From positions 1-38,588 of the forward strand of contig CAZRUU010000001.1 in the NCBI GenBank assembly GCA_964603235.1: a stretch of 38,588 nucleotides of DNA. Direction: 5' to 3'. The stretch comes from an uncultured Syntrophaceae bacterium (GTDB lineage: Bacteria > Desulfobacterota > Syntrophia > Syntrophales > UBA2210). Below the pieces are notes generated by a model, which was not told where the DNA came from, ran no database searches, and saw nothing but the letters and a program-made list of their open reading frames with translations. Shown here piece by piece: positions 8,484 to 17,309 of the stretch (position 1 is the stretch's first letter; each line of letters begins with the position of its first letter). Both the position numbers and the translations under genes were made by a program.

Positions 8484-9356
8484 TTAGAATATGGCCCTTT
8501 TAATGGCCTCAGATGATTTTTCAATCGATGCCAATGCTTTATTATAATATTTTACTGCGTAACCAGCGTATAAAATATCAATTATAAGCATTTGAGACAT
8601 CCTCGATATTGGTCCTTCCTGAAAAAAAGGTGACTGTACAGTGGGTGTAAAAAACTTTATGTCAGCGTACCTGGTGATTGGGGATTTTCTATAGCCCGTA
8701 ATACAGATTGTTGTTGCGCCAGACTTTTTTGCAAATTTCATAGAATTAACGACGGATTTTGTTCTGCCCGAGTTGGCAATTCCTATGGCTACATTATTCT
8801 TGCCTAACAACGATGAAGATACAGCTTGTTGTGCCGGATCACTGTATAATATACATTTTTTGCCAACCCTGTAGAATCTGGATATTGCGTTTTGTCCGGC
8901 AACAATGGATGCGCCGCCGCAATAGACAGCTATAAAATTGGCCTTTTCGATAGCCGAAACACCTTTTTTGATTTCCGAAGGATTAATTATCTTTTTTGTT
9001 TCTCTCAGGATTTCAATATTCCGAAATGTTACTTTGTTGATTATATCTTCAACGGGATCCGTTTTTGTTATGCCATCATAAACAGACTTTTCCCCCAGGT
9101 TAATTGTCTCAATACCGTTGGACGATATTCCGGCAAGGGCAATTTTAAACTCTTGAAAACTGTTGAAATCTATTTCTTTTACAAATCGTGTAATTGTAGA
9201 TTCGGAGACCTTGCACTTTGCAGCGAGTTTCCTGATTTGTAACAGTTTTACCACATCCGGATTGTTTAGTGTGTATATCGCAACTCTTTTTAGAGCCGGA
9301 TTAAGATAAGATGACCGGCTTCTGATATTCGTCAGTATATTATGTTCACCATCCAT
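8484..9356 (-). CDS. RpiR/MurR-family transcriptional regulator (HTH_6 + SIS domain)
   Basis: 290 aa. N-terminal HTH IRKLAAKCKVSESTITRFVKEIDFNSFQEFK, then a SIS-like sugar-phosphate binding region (IAVYCGGASIVAGQNAISRF...GIANSGRTKS). It is divergent from the TAXI-TRAP operon. Confidence 0.85.
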   Translation of the reverse strand: MDGEHNILTNIRSRSSYLNPALKRVAIYTLNNPDVVKLLQIRKLAAKCKVSESTITRFVKEIDFNSFQEFKIALAGISSNGIETINLGEKSVYDGITKTDPVEDIINKVTFRNIEILRETKKIINPSEIKKGVSAIEKANFIAVYCGGASIVAGQNAISRFYRVGKKCILYSDPAQQAVSSSLLGKNNVAIGIANSGRTKSVVNSMKFAKKSGATTICITGYRKSPITRYADIKFFTPTVQSPFFQEGPISRMSQMLIIDILYAGYAVKYYNKALASIEKSSEAIKRAIF

Positions 9357-9462
9357 TACACCACCCCAACCTGCATTAAGATATCTTTAAATCCTCCACC
9401 CGTAACCGTTCAAAACCAACACTCACCGTAAGGCTTTAATGTTTTCTTCATATTTTTATCAA

Positions 9463-9491
9463 AGTATATATTTAAATCATGTATAAGTCAT
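9463..9491 (-). promoter_or_regulatory. Candidate sigma70 promoter of the RpiR gene (-35 ATGACT, 17-nt spacer, -10 TATACT)
   Basis: Read on the minus strand: ATGACT tatacatgatttaaata TATACT. It shares the TGACTTATA core with the modules at 4066 and 19860. Confidence 0.4.
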
Positions 9492-9523
9492 CTTTTAAAA
9501 TAAAATTCTTTTCAATAAAGAAC

Positions 9524-9553
9524 TTGACAAAATAAAATATTATTTTCTATACT
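9524..9553 (+). promoter_or_regulatory. Candidate sigma70 promoter of the TAXI-TRAP/M20 operon (-35 TTGACA, 18-nt spacer, -10 TATACT)
   Basis: TTGACA at 9524-9529 and TATACT at 9548-9553. This implies a leader of about 190 nt before the ATG at 9756. Confidence 0.5.
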
Positions 9554-9755
9554 GAGTTACGTTAAATTATAATTGTTGATATGTTCTTTTTTTCATTGTC
9601 ATGTTGTTTTTACCATTGAAGGAGATGTGGTGTTGATGAGTGTTTATTTTTTGTGGAGATTTTATAAATATGAATAAAAACAAGGAGGAGGTGACGGGGG
9701 AACAAAGAAGATAAGTATTAACCGCAGGTTTACATTAATTTAAGGAGGTAAGATC

Positions 9756-10727
9756 ATGAGGGATCTAAGATTTAAGGTGAAGTTGTTGTGCATAGCTTTA
9801 AGTTTAATTTTTGGGATTGCACTGGTCGGAATGACTCTCCAAGAGGCGGATGCAGCAAAGTTTATCAGGATAAAAGGCTCATCCCTCGGAGGTTCATGGT
9901 ATGCTGGAGGGGCAGCTTGGGCAAAGCTTATTTCTGACAACACAGATTATATTGCCATAAACGTTGCGGCTCCGGGATTGGACAATGAAAGTCTAAAACG
10001 CATGGCCCGGAAAGAATGCGAACTTGTTTTTCTGACGGGTCCCGGAGCATATAACGCCTACAAAGGAGTACCACCAACATGGAAAAACCCTCAGGACATA
10101 CGGGGTCTTTTCGGTTTGTGGCCGGGTGTTATGAATACAGTTGTCATGGCGGACTCCAAGTACAAGACATTGCAGGATCTGAAAGGAGAAAGTATCGCGA
10201 CCTATGTTCCCGGAGATGTGAATGGCGACCAGGTACTTGCATGCCTCAAGCACCATGGCATCACGGAAGAGAACACAAAGTTTTATAGAATCATGAAGGC
10301 CGATGCTTCAAGAATGTTTATTGACGGAAGAGTTGACGCTATAATGTTCTACTTTGGATACGGCCATGCCAATCTGAAGGAAATGTCCGCTTCCCGTAAA
10401 ATAAGATTCCTATCTCCTGATCCTGAATTGGTAAAAGGTTTCATTAAGGAAAATCCTTTTTACTACCTTGGAGATTTCGGAGAAGAATTTGGTGTGCCAA
10501 ACGCCAAACAGCTCGTCGGGCCTTATCTTACTGCCTGCAGAGCCGATGCGCCAATTGATTTTGCATATATGGTAACGAAAGTATGGTTTGAAAATCTCGA
10601 TTGGCTTCAGAAGGTTCTACCGTCAAATATTCCACATATGAATACAAAAGATCCGAGTGCTGGTGTGCCAATCCCACTTCATCCTGGCGCCATAAAATAT
10701 TTCAAGGAAGTTGGGTTAATGAAATAA
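9756..10727 (+). CDS. TRAP transporter solute receptor, TAXI family
   Basis: 323 aa. Signal peptide, then LGGSWYAGGAAWAKLISDNT...INVAAPGLDNESLKRMARKECELVF, which fits the TAXI pattern. Strong RBS AAGGAGG. The TAXI-associated fused permease follows. Confidence 0.85.
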   Translation: MRDLRFKVKLLCIALSLIFGIALVGMTLQEADAAKFIRIKGSSLGGSWYAGGAAWAKLISDNTDYIAINVAAPGLDNESLKRMARKECELVFLTGPGAYNAYKGVPPTWKNPQDIRGLFGLWPGVMNTVVMADSKYKTLQDLKGESIATYVPGDVNGDQVLACLKHHGITEENTKFYRIMKADASRMFIDGRVDAIMFYFGYGHANLKEMSASRKIRFLSPDPELVKGFIKENPFYYLGDFGEEFGVPNAKQLVGPYLTACRADAPIDFAYMVTKVWFENLDWLQKVLPSNIPHMNTKDPSAGVPIPLHPGAIKYFKEVGLMK

Positions 10728-10855
10728 TGGACGCTATATTGAAAAATCCTGATGTTCCGTGTAGAGAATAAGTATTAGAATCTCAGGATCTTTCAGCTTT
10801 GAAGTAAAACCAGTTGCAATAGTGATGCTAATGGGGAAGGTGGCCACGTGAAAAT

Positions 10856-12829
10856 ATGTTGAATTCTAATGCACGGAATCTCAAAAAGGATACGGATGCT
10901 GAATCAGTTCGAGTATGCGGTGTGGATATTTACAATGACGATGACATTAAAGGCATGCCGAAATTTAAAGGTGTTACAAAGGTAGTAACTTTCTGCATCG
11001 GGATACTTGTTAGTTGCTTGTCTATTTACGAAGCGGTATTCGGCAACTTTCAACCAGCTCTTCAAAGACCGTTGCACTTGTTTTTAATGTGTGCGCTGAC
11101 TCTTATCCTGTATCCCTCCGGTTCCTTCAAATACGGTAGCCTTAAAGAGGGGTTTTTAAACATCATTTTAATCCTTTTTCTCCTTTGGTCCTGTATGTGG
11201 GCATTTCTCAACTGGACTCCTCTCTACATCGACCCTTACCCTACGGCTCTTGGCATCGCAATAGGAATACTCTGCATTGCGCTGACATTAGAAGCTACAC
11301 GTAGGGCAGTCGGTCTTCCGATGGTGCTCATAGCTTTGGTAATGCTCGCCTATTGTTTTACAGGGCCATACATGCCTCGTTTTTTATCGCATCCGGGTTT
11401 TTCGCTTAGTAACGTTGTGGTTCATACAGTTGTTGGAACTGAAGGTATGATGGGATTACTGTTAAGCATCAGCGTCAACCAGATTATCTTTTTCATGATG
11501 TTTGCGGCTTTTCTGATAGTCTCTAATTCAACTGATCTTTTTATGAATTTGGCAAAAGCAATTGCCGGGGGTTATTCTGGTGGACCTGCCAAGGTAGCTG
11601 TCGTGGCCAGTGGCTTTATGGGAATGATATCGGGAAGCGCAAGTGGAAATACGGCTACAACTGGATCAGTTACGATTCCTCTCATGATTTCTATGGGGTT
11701 CAAGCGCCATATAGCGGCAGCAATCGAGGCAGTTTCTTCTACGGCAGGTCAGTTCATGCCTCCTATCATGGGGGCATCGGCATTTGTTATCGCCGAATAT
11801 ACGGGCGTAAGTTACTGGGGAGTATGTGTGGCGGCATTTGTTCCATCCGTTATGTATTTCATTGCGATGTTTCTAGTTGTCGATATTGAGGCTAGGATGG
11901 GAGGATTAATGGGATTACCTAAATCAGCACTTCCGCCGGTCTGGTATTCCCTTAAAAAAACGCTTCCTCTGCTTTTTCCCCTGGTTGTACTGGTTGTACT
12001 TTTGTCTATGCGATACAGTCCCCAATGGGCAATAATAAATTCTCTTGGCGTTCTCATTCTCACATGTATCCCCATTACAACGCAAAGGATGAATTTCAGG
12101 AAGATCGCAAGGGCTCTCTCCCTTACCTCAAAAATACTTATTCCCATTGCTACTTCTTGTGCCACATGTGGCTTAATAGTAGGGGTGATGTCATTGACCG
12201 GATTAGGCAATCGTTTGTCGTATGGAATTATTACGATAGCACATGGAAACCTTTTGGTGGGGTTGCTATTTACTATGTGTATGTCCATCATTATAGGTAT
12301 GGGTTTGCCTACACTTGGAGCATATGTTGTTTTAGCTACTCTTGGCGCTCCGGCACTGGCCCAATTGGGCGCTCCTATTATGGGAGCTCATCTGTTTATT
12401 TTCTATTTTGCCGCTATCTCAGCAATAACTCCTCCTGTTTGCCTTGCTGCATTTGTGGGTGCCGGAATTGCAGGCGCACCGCCTATGAAGGTTGGCTTTC
12501 ATGCCGTTCGTATTGGCATGATCAAATACATCATTCCTTACATGTTTGTATTTAGACCGGGATTGATGCTTGACGCATCATTGGGAACCATCGTTCTTAA
12601 TATTTTTGAACTGTTACTGATTGTGTTTCCCGTTTCTATGCTGGCGCAAAGATTCTGGCTTCAAAAGATCAGTTGGGTCGAGACCCTTCTTCTGATAGGG
12701 GCGATATTAATGGTATTTCCGCTATCGTTAAAAACTCTTCCGATTGCCGTGATCCTGGAACTAATTGCAGTAAGCAATCACATTATTCGTCATAGAAAAC
12801 TGACGAAAAAACAGTTTCAAATTTCTTGA
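10856..12829 (+). CDS. TRAP transporter fused permease (DctQ-like + DctM-like, TAXI-associated)
   Basis: 657-aa polytopic membrane ORF directly downstream of the TAXI receptor. Size and organisation fit the 4TM/12TM fusion permeases. Confidence 0.85.
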   Translation: MLNSNARNLKKDTDAESVRVCGVDIYNDDDIKGMPKFKGVTKVVTFCIGILVSCLSIYEAVFGNFQPALQRPLHLFLMCALTLILYPSGSFKYGSLKEGFLNIILILFLLWSCMWAFLNWTPLYIDPYPTALGIAIGILCIALTLEATRRAVGLPMVLIALVMLAYCFTGPYMPRFLSHPGFSLSNVVVHTVVGTEGMMGLLLSISVNQIIFFMMFAAFLIVSNSTDLFMNLAKAIAGGYSGGPAKVAVVASGFMGMISGSASGNTATTGSVTIPLMISMGFKRHIAAAIEAVSSTAGQFMPPIMGASAFVIAEYTGVSYWGVCVAAFVPSVMYFIAMFLVVDIEARMGGLMGLPKSALPPVWYSLKKTLPLLFPLVVLVVLLSMRYSPQWAIINSLGVLILTCIPITTQRMNFRKIARALSLTSKILIPIATSCATCGLIVGVMSLTGLGNRLSYGIITIAHGNLLVGLLFTMCMSIIIGMGLPTLGAYVVLATLGAPALAQLGAPIMGAHLFIFYFAAISAITPPVCLAAFVGAGIAGAPPMKVGFHAVRIGMIKYIIPYMFVFRPGLMLDASLGTIVLNIFELLLIVFPVSMLAQRFWLQKISWVETLLLIGAILMVFPLSLKTLPIAVILELIAVSNHIIRHRKLTKKQFQIS

Positions 12830-12847
12830 AAAGCAAAGGAGAAAAAA

Positions 12848-13240
12848 ATGAAAAGAAAAAGTTTTTTAATGGTTTTGGTGATAATATTTATGTGTCTTTC
12901 CTTCTTTTCTTCATCGGTTATAGCTGCGGTGATGACATACGATGTTACAAACAAGGCAGAGCTTAAAAAGATATCGATGCATATGAAGAAAATAAGGAAA
13001 AAGTCAGATCAAATGGCTGTTGTCTTTGAGCTTACAATCAAGAATGTAGATTCGAAGGCAAATCTTTACTCTGTAACAGTTTTTATTCCGGGGGCTGGTG
13101 GCGCTCAGAGTTTTGTCCCCTATAAAGGAGACAAAAAGATTGCTCCACAGACCGAGGGGACAGCCTCTATAGGAATAATCTATCCTAAATTTCCTGAAGA
13201 TGGATATAGCATAAAGATAGAAGCTGTTGAGTCGCGATGA
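12848..13240 (+). CDS. Small exported protein of unknown function, co-transcribed with the TAXI-TRAP genes
   Basis: 130 aa. RBS AAAGGAGA. N-terminal signal peptide MKRKSFLMVLVIIFMCLSFFSSSVIAA. No family recognised. Confidence 0.5.
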   Translation: MKRKSFLMVLVIIFMCLSFFSSSVIAAVMTYDVTNKAELKKISMHMKKIRKKSDQMAVVFELTIKNVDSKANLYSVTVFIPGAGGAQSFVPYKGDKKIAPQTEGTASIGIIYPKFPEDGYSIKIEAVESR

Positions 13241-13268
13241 CGAGTTAAGTCTGGAAGAGATGGAACCG

Positions 13269-13305
13269 GTATCCGGGGACTGTAACTTTTATGGTCCCCG
13301 GATAC
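13269..13305 (+). terminator. Perfect 12-bp stem-loop (GTATCCGGGGAC n13 GTCCCCGGATAC) between the small exported protein gene and the M20 gene
   Basis: The arms at 13269-13280 and 13294-13305 are exact reverse complements. No clear U-tract follows, so this may be an attenuator or mRNA-stability element rather than a full terminator. Confidence 0.45.
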
Positions 13306-13352
13306 ATTTGGTATAAATAATTCTGTTAAACAATACGGAAAGAATTTTAATC

Positions 13353-14702
13353 ATGATTGAAAAAATACTTGAAAGAGTCGAAGAGAAGAAAAGTGAAATT
13401 GTTGAATTATTGAGGAGAGTTATACAAATTCCAAGCTTAACGGGAGAAGAAGGAGAGGCGCAGGAATTTATAGCTGATTATTTAAAGCAATTGGGATTGC
13501 GAGTAGATGTCTGGGAGCCCGATATTGAAGAAATGTTCAATAAATTTCCGAAATCGGCTCAATATCCGTCTCACTGGAAACATGATCTTATCCTGCCTTA
13601 TGATCGTTTGCCCTCCTACGACGAGTTGATCAAGACGGGAAAGATAAAAATTCTTAACTATAAAAACCGTCCGAATGTTGTAGGAACGCTGCATGGGAAA
13701 GGAGGCGGGAAATCTTTACTTTTGAATGGTCACATAGATAATGTAACTGTAGAACCTGAGAGTGATTGGAATTATGATCCTTTCGGTGCCGAGGTTGTAG
13801 ATGGAAAAATATATGGACGTGGAGCCTCAGATATGAAGGGAGGGCTGGTTGCTTCTCTTGCAGCTATTCAGTGTCTGATTGAAAGTGGTGTTTCTTTAAA
13901 GGGTGATGTCATATTTTCCAGTGTGGTAAATGAAGAACACTCCGGGGGCGGTTCGCTTTCAATGGTTTGCAGAGGGATTACCGCAGATGCGGCTATTGTA
14001 ACCGAACCTTCCGAAAACCAGATATATATTGCTCAGCCAGGAGACTTGTACTGGCAATTGACAGTAAACGGGATTCCCCGATCGCCGGGTGCACGCTGGG
14101 AGGGGGAAAAATTAATAGGAGTCAGCGCCATTGAGAAATTGTCACCTGTTCTCCGGGGCCTGTTGAAGCTAGAAGAAGATTTCAACAGGAAAAAACGTGA
14201 CCCTCTCTATAAAAATATGAATCCTTTTTCATGTGTTATTGGAGAAGTGAATGGCGGAACATATACTACTGTTACGGCGAGTCGATGTATTCTCAGAGGA
14301 TGTGTGTATTTTAGTCCGGGGCTTGGTTCGGTTAATGAGATTATGGATAAAATCAGAGAGTATGTTGCAGGGGAAACGCAATCGGACCCGTGGTTCAGGG
14401 ATCATCCTGTGGAGGTGGCATTTTTACGTCATAAAAATGCGGCGAAAATTGATAAAAGTGAACCCATTGTTGATACCGTTTATACTTCTGCCAAAACTGT
14501 CAGCGGAAAGAATCCTCTAATTTGTGGAGGACCTTATGGCGCAGACATGGAGCTGTTTGCGAATCTGGGAAAGATTCCAACGATGATTTTTGGACCGGGA
14601 TCAATTGCCCATGCACATAAGCCTAACGAGCTGATATCTATTGATGAATATATATCCGCCGTAAAAACGCTTGCCCTCAGTATCTATAAGTGGTGCAAAT
14701 AG
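13353..14702 (+). CDS. M20-family metallo-amidohydrolase (ArgE/DapE/acylase-like deacylase or dipeptidase)
   Basis: 449 aa. LLLNGHIDNVTVEPESDWNYDPFGAEVVDGKIYGRGASDMKGGLVA and VVNEEHSGGGS match the M20 metal-binding and catalytic motifs. Confidence 0.85.
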   Translation: MIEKILERVEEKKSEIVELLRRVIQIPSLTGEEGEAQEFIADYLKQLGLRVDVWEPDIEEMFNKFPKSAQYPSHWKHDLILPYDRLPSYDELIKTGKIKILNYKNRPNVVGTLHGKGGGKSLLLNGHIDNVTVEPESDWNYDPFGAEVVDGKIYGRGASDMKGGLVASLAAIQCLIESGVSLKGDVIFSSVVNEEHSGGGSLSMVCRGITADAAIVTEPSENQIYIAQPGDLYWQLTVNGIPRSPGARWEGEKLIGVSAIEKLSPVLRGLLKLEEDFNRKKRDPLYKNMNPFSCVIGEVNGGTYTTVTASRCILRGCVYFSPGLGSVNEIMDKIREYVAGETQSDPWFRDHPVEVAFLRHKNAAKIDKSEPIVDTVYTSAKTVSGKNPLICGGPYGADMELFANLGKIPTMIFGPGSIAHAHKPNELISIDEYISAVKTLALSIYKWCK

Positions 14703-15092
14703 AAGTATAGATTTATTTTTTCCAGAAGATGTAGTATTTTTAGGCCTATATTTGCATCCTGTCAGTTTTTATTAAAAATCATCTATTGATGATTGGATGA
14801 CATTCTACCGAGAAGATATATACATATTCCAGCAATCAGACTGGCTAAAAAGTTTGCAGATATATCTACGGGGAATGTGTGAAGAAGGAATGGCCCTAAG
14901 ACATGCCAAGCTAATTACGGAAAATCCTAAGATCTTATCGTACTTGGGATTCGTTCTATGGTGTGGGTTTTAGAGCATCGAGAGAAGAACATTGGAGTGA
15001 CGGAGTCTTGGGAGTTAATCCCGGCACCGTACTCGTCATCGGGGAACGAAAACCCGGAAATCAAACCTTAGCGTCAATATGGTCAAAGGCAA

Positions 15093-15134
15093 GACAACCT
15101 CCTTGTAGGTTGCCTTGCCTTTGAGTACGAACTA
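15093..15134. repeat. 15-bp-stem hairpin built from an alanine-dehydrogenase 3'-end-like sequence
   Basis: AAGGCAAGACAACCT cc ttgt AGGTTGCCTTGCCTT. The right arm and loop (CCTTGTAGGTTGCCTTGCCTTT) match 17363-17385 inside ald at 22 of 23 nt. The minus strand encodes KGKATYKEV, against KGKVTYKGV in Ald. Confidence 0.5.
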
Positions 15135-15269
15135 ACCCGCTGGTGCCCTTTTTTGATCACGACTGAGAGGTCTGCTAGGTAGCCTCAGCGGTCAAATACG
15201 ATACAACCACCAAACCTCTTTTTTGTCCCTCGGGACAGGGACCAGCTTTTATTCCGGCCTCGCCTTTTT

Positions 15270-15407
15270 CTACCCCCTTTTTTTTTTCATAAATGCGACA
15301 GGACGATAGCCCTTATGATTCAATTTGCCTGAAACAACAATTATATGGTTCGGACAGAAGGATACACGGAGATAACAGCCCTTGCAAAGTTTCCTGTCAA
15401 ATATCAT
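15270..15407 (-). pseudogene. Relic of a 4Fe-4S ferredoxin-type gene (2-oxoacid:ferredoxin oxidoreductase delta-like)
   Basis: The minus strand translates MIFDRKLCKGCYLRVSFCPNHIIVVSGKLNHKGYRPVAFMKKKRG*. CKGCYLRVSFCP is a CxxCxxCxxxCP cluster motif with the third Cys replaced by Arg. The frame ends just after an A10 tract (T10 at 15278-15287 on the plus strand). Confidence 0.3.
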
Positions 15408-15728
15408 CTTATTATAATATTTTGTTCTTCCGGTTTTGAATCCTCCATATCCTGTAGCCTGGTCCAGTGTTTCTCCTCACATTAAATTCCAGTTATTGCC
15501 TCTGTCCTGATTCGGATACTTTTTTGATGCCGCAAGAAGTGTTCCTCCCTTTATCCATAAAGTAATATACGGTTCAATTTACATTTTGATAGTGCCGAAA
15601 ATACAAGCCAAAGTAATAATATTTTATATGATAAAAACCGATTTGTTGGCTGCTCTCGGTCAACACGGACCTCGCCATTACCTGCAGAACAATAGCTTTA
15701 TATTATCAATTACATAAGAAATATTATA

Positions 15729-15757
15729 TTGACTTCAGTATTTCAACATAGGATAAT
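15729..15757 (+). promoter_or_regulatory. Candidate sigma70 promoter of class-III PLP paralog 2 (-35 TTGACT, 17-nt spacer, -10 GATAAT)
   Basis: TTGACT at 15729-15734 and GATAAT at 15752-15757, preceded by AATATTATA. This is the same ATTAT-TTGACTT architecture as the other operon promoters. Confidence 0.5.
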
Positions 15758-15801
15758 TTTGATTTTAATCTCTGGGAAACTGGAAAAACAAGGAGGAGTT
15801 C

Positions 15802-17154
15802 ATGGACGAGCAACACAAATTAGAGGGAGATATAAACATCTCTCCACAACGGGATAAATGGCAGACAGAAAACATAGACAAAAAAACACGGAAGCTTCTG
15901 GACGAAGACGAACGCTATTTCCTCAGACAGTCGCTGTCAACCCCATGCCTTAATGCCCTGCAGGCCTGCGAGGGTATTTATATAGAGGATTTGCAGGGAC
16001 GTCGCTATATTGACTTTCACGGGAATAATCTCCACCAGGTTGGTTTTGCCAACCCGGAGGTTATTTCGGCCATCAAAGATCAGCTCGATAAGCTGCCCTT
16101 TTGCCCCAGACGTTACACCAACCAAGTTGCCGTGGACCTGGCCAAAAAGCTGTCACAGATTGCTCCCGGCAATCTTAACAAGGTACTACTGTGCCCGGGA
16201 GGCGCAGAGGGCATGGGCATAGCCCTAAAGCTTGCACGTATTGCCACTGGACGTCACAAGACAATCTCCATGTGGGAGTCTTTTCACGGGGCGTCACTGG
16301 ACACAATATCCATTGGAGGTGAAGCGGTATTTCGTCAGAATATAGGACCACTGATGTCGGGCACCGAACATGCACCACCTCCCGACGCATACCGGCGTTT
16401 CTGCGATATCGGGAACCCGGAAGAGTGGGAAATCATGTGCGCAAAGTACGTCGAATATATGCTGGAGAAGGAGGGAGATATTGCCGCTGTTATCTCTGAA
16501 CCAATTCGCAGTACTCCCTATGTTCCCAATGCGGAATACTGGAAAATCATCCGTCGCGCGTGTGACAAACATGGCGCCTTGCTCATCTTCGACGAAATTC
16601 CCCATGCCCTGGGTCGGACGGGCAAGATGTTTACCTGTGAAAACTTTGATGTTGTGCCGGATATACTGGTTATCGGCAAAGGTCTGGGAGGTGGCATATT
16701 TCCGATAGCCGCCGTTATCGCGCGCGAGGATCTGGATGTAGCCAGTGACAGGGCTTTGGGTCATTACACCCACGAAAAAAATCCTGTGGCCTGCGCGGCC
16801 GCACTTGCCGCCATTAACTATGTTGAAACGCACAAACTGGCGGAACACGCTGCCGAACTCGGTCGATACGCTCTGGAACGAGCGGTCAAAATGATGGAAA
16901 AGCACCCGCTGATAGGAGACGTGCGAGGATTGGGCCTGTTCCTGGGAATAGAACTGGTCAAAGATCGCGCTACCCACGAACGGGCACTTGATGAAGCCGA
17001 GGAGGTAATGTACAAAGCACTTACAAAGGGCCTGAGTTTCAAGCTGACGATGGGAAATATCATCACGCTCACACCGGCGCTGATCATTACAAGAGAAGAA
17101 ATGGACAGAGCCCTTGATATTATTGATGAATGTTTGGATGAGATGGAGGGGTAA
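15802..17154 (+). CDS. Class-III PLP-dependent aminotransferase/lyase, dialkylglycine-decarboxylase/PbfA-like subgroup (paralog 2)
   Basis: 450 aa. RBS AAGGAGG. DEIPHALGRTGKMF, PLP-lysine context DILVIGKGLGGG, and FCPRRYTN, WESFHG, GHYTHEKNP. Convergent with ald. Confidence 0.85.
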   Translation: MDEQHKLEGDINISPQRDKWQTENIDKKTRKLLDEDERYFLRQSLSTPCLNALQACEGIYIEDLQGRRYIDFHGNNLHQVGFANPEVISAIKDQLDKLPFCPRRYTNQVAVDLAKKLSQIAPGNLNKVLLCPGGAEGMGIALKLARIATGRHKTISMWESFHGASLDTISIGGEAVFRQNIGPLMSGTEHAPPPDAYRRFCDIGNPEEWEIMCAKYVEYMLEKEGDIAAVISEPIRSTPYVPNAEYWKIIRRACDKHGALLIFDEIPHALGRTGKMFTCENFDVVPDILVIGKGLGGGIFPIAAVIAREDLDVASDRALGHYTHEKNPVACAAALAAINYVETHKLAEHAAELGRYALERAVKMMEKHPLIGDVRGLGLFLGIELVKDRATHERALDEAEEVMYKALTKGLSFKLTMGNIITLTPALIITREEMDRALDIIDECLDEMEG

Positions 17155-17161
17155 AAACGGT

Positions 17162-17193
17162 AAGGGGAAACTTTTACAAAAAAGTTTCCCCTT
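17162..17193. terminator. Bidirectional intrinsic terminator-like hairpin (perfect 14-bp stem AAGGGGAAACTTTT acaa AAAAGTTTCCCCTT)
   Basis: It starts 8 nt after the stop codon of the plus-strand PLP gene, between the convergent genes. The A/T runs at the stem ends supply U-tracts in both orientations. Confidence 0.7.
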
Positions 17194-17309
17194 CACAAAC
17201 ATCCCGGACTTCCATTGAAATCTTTTAAAATCAAAAACTTCCAGAAATGTTGCCGGCTGCGGGATTAGTCTTTAAGATCCCTCAAACTCGCCTTGCCGGC
17301 TGATCATCT

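Noticed and set aside
14797-14970. 58-codon ORF MTFYREDIYIFQQSDWLKSLQIYLRGMCEEGMALRHAKLITENPKILSYLGFVLWCGF
   Set aside because: It has no RBS and no recognisable family, and it sits within a relic-rich non-coding stretch. It is not reported as a gene.
15802-17154. Calling the class-III PLP paralogs taurine:pyruvate aminotransferase (Tpa) because one is convergent with ald
   Set aside because: From memory, Tpa belongs to the omega-transaminase branch. These ORFs show the dialkylglycine-decarboxylase-like marks (WxSFHG, HYTHEKNP, IGDVRGxGL). The activity is left open as transaminase or lyase, and a taurine-related role is not excluded.
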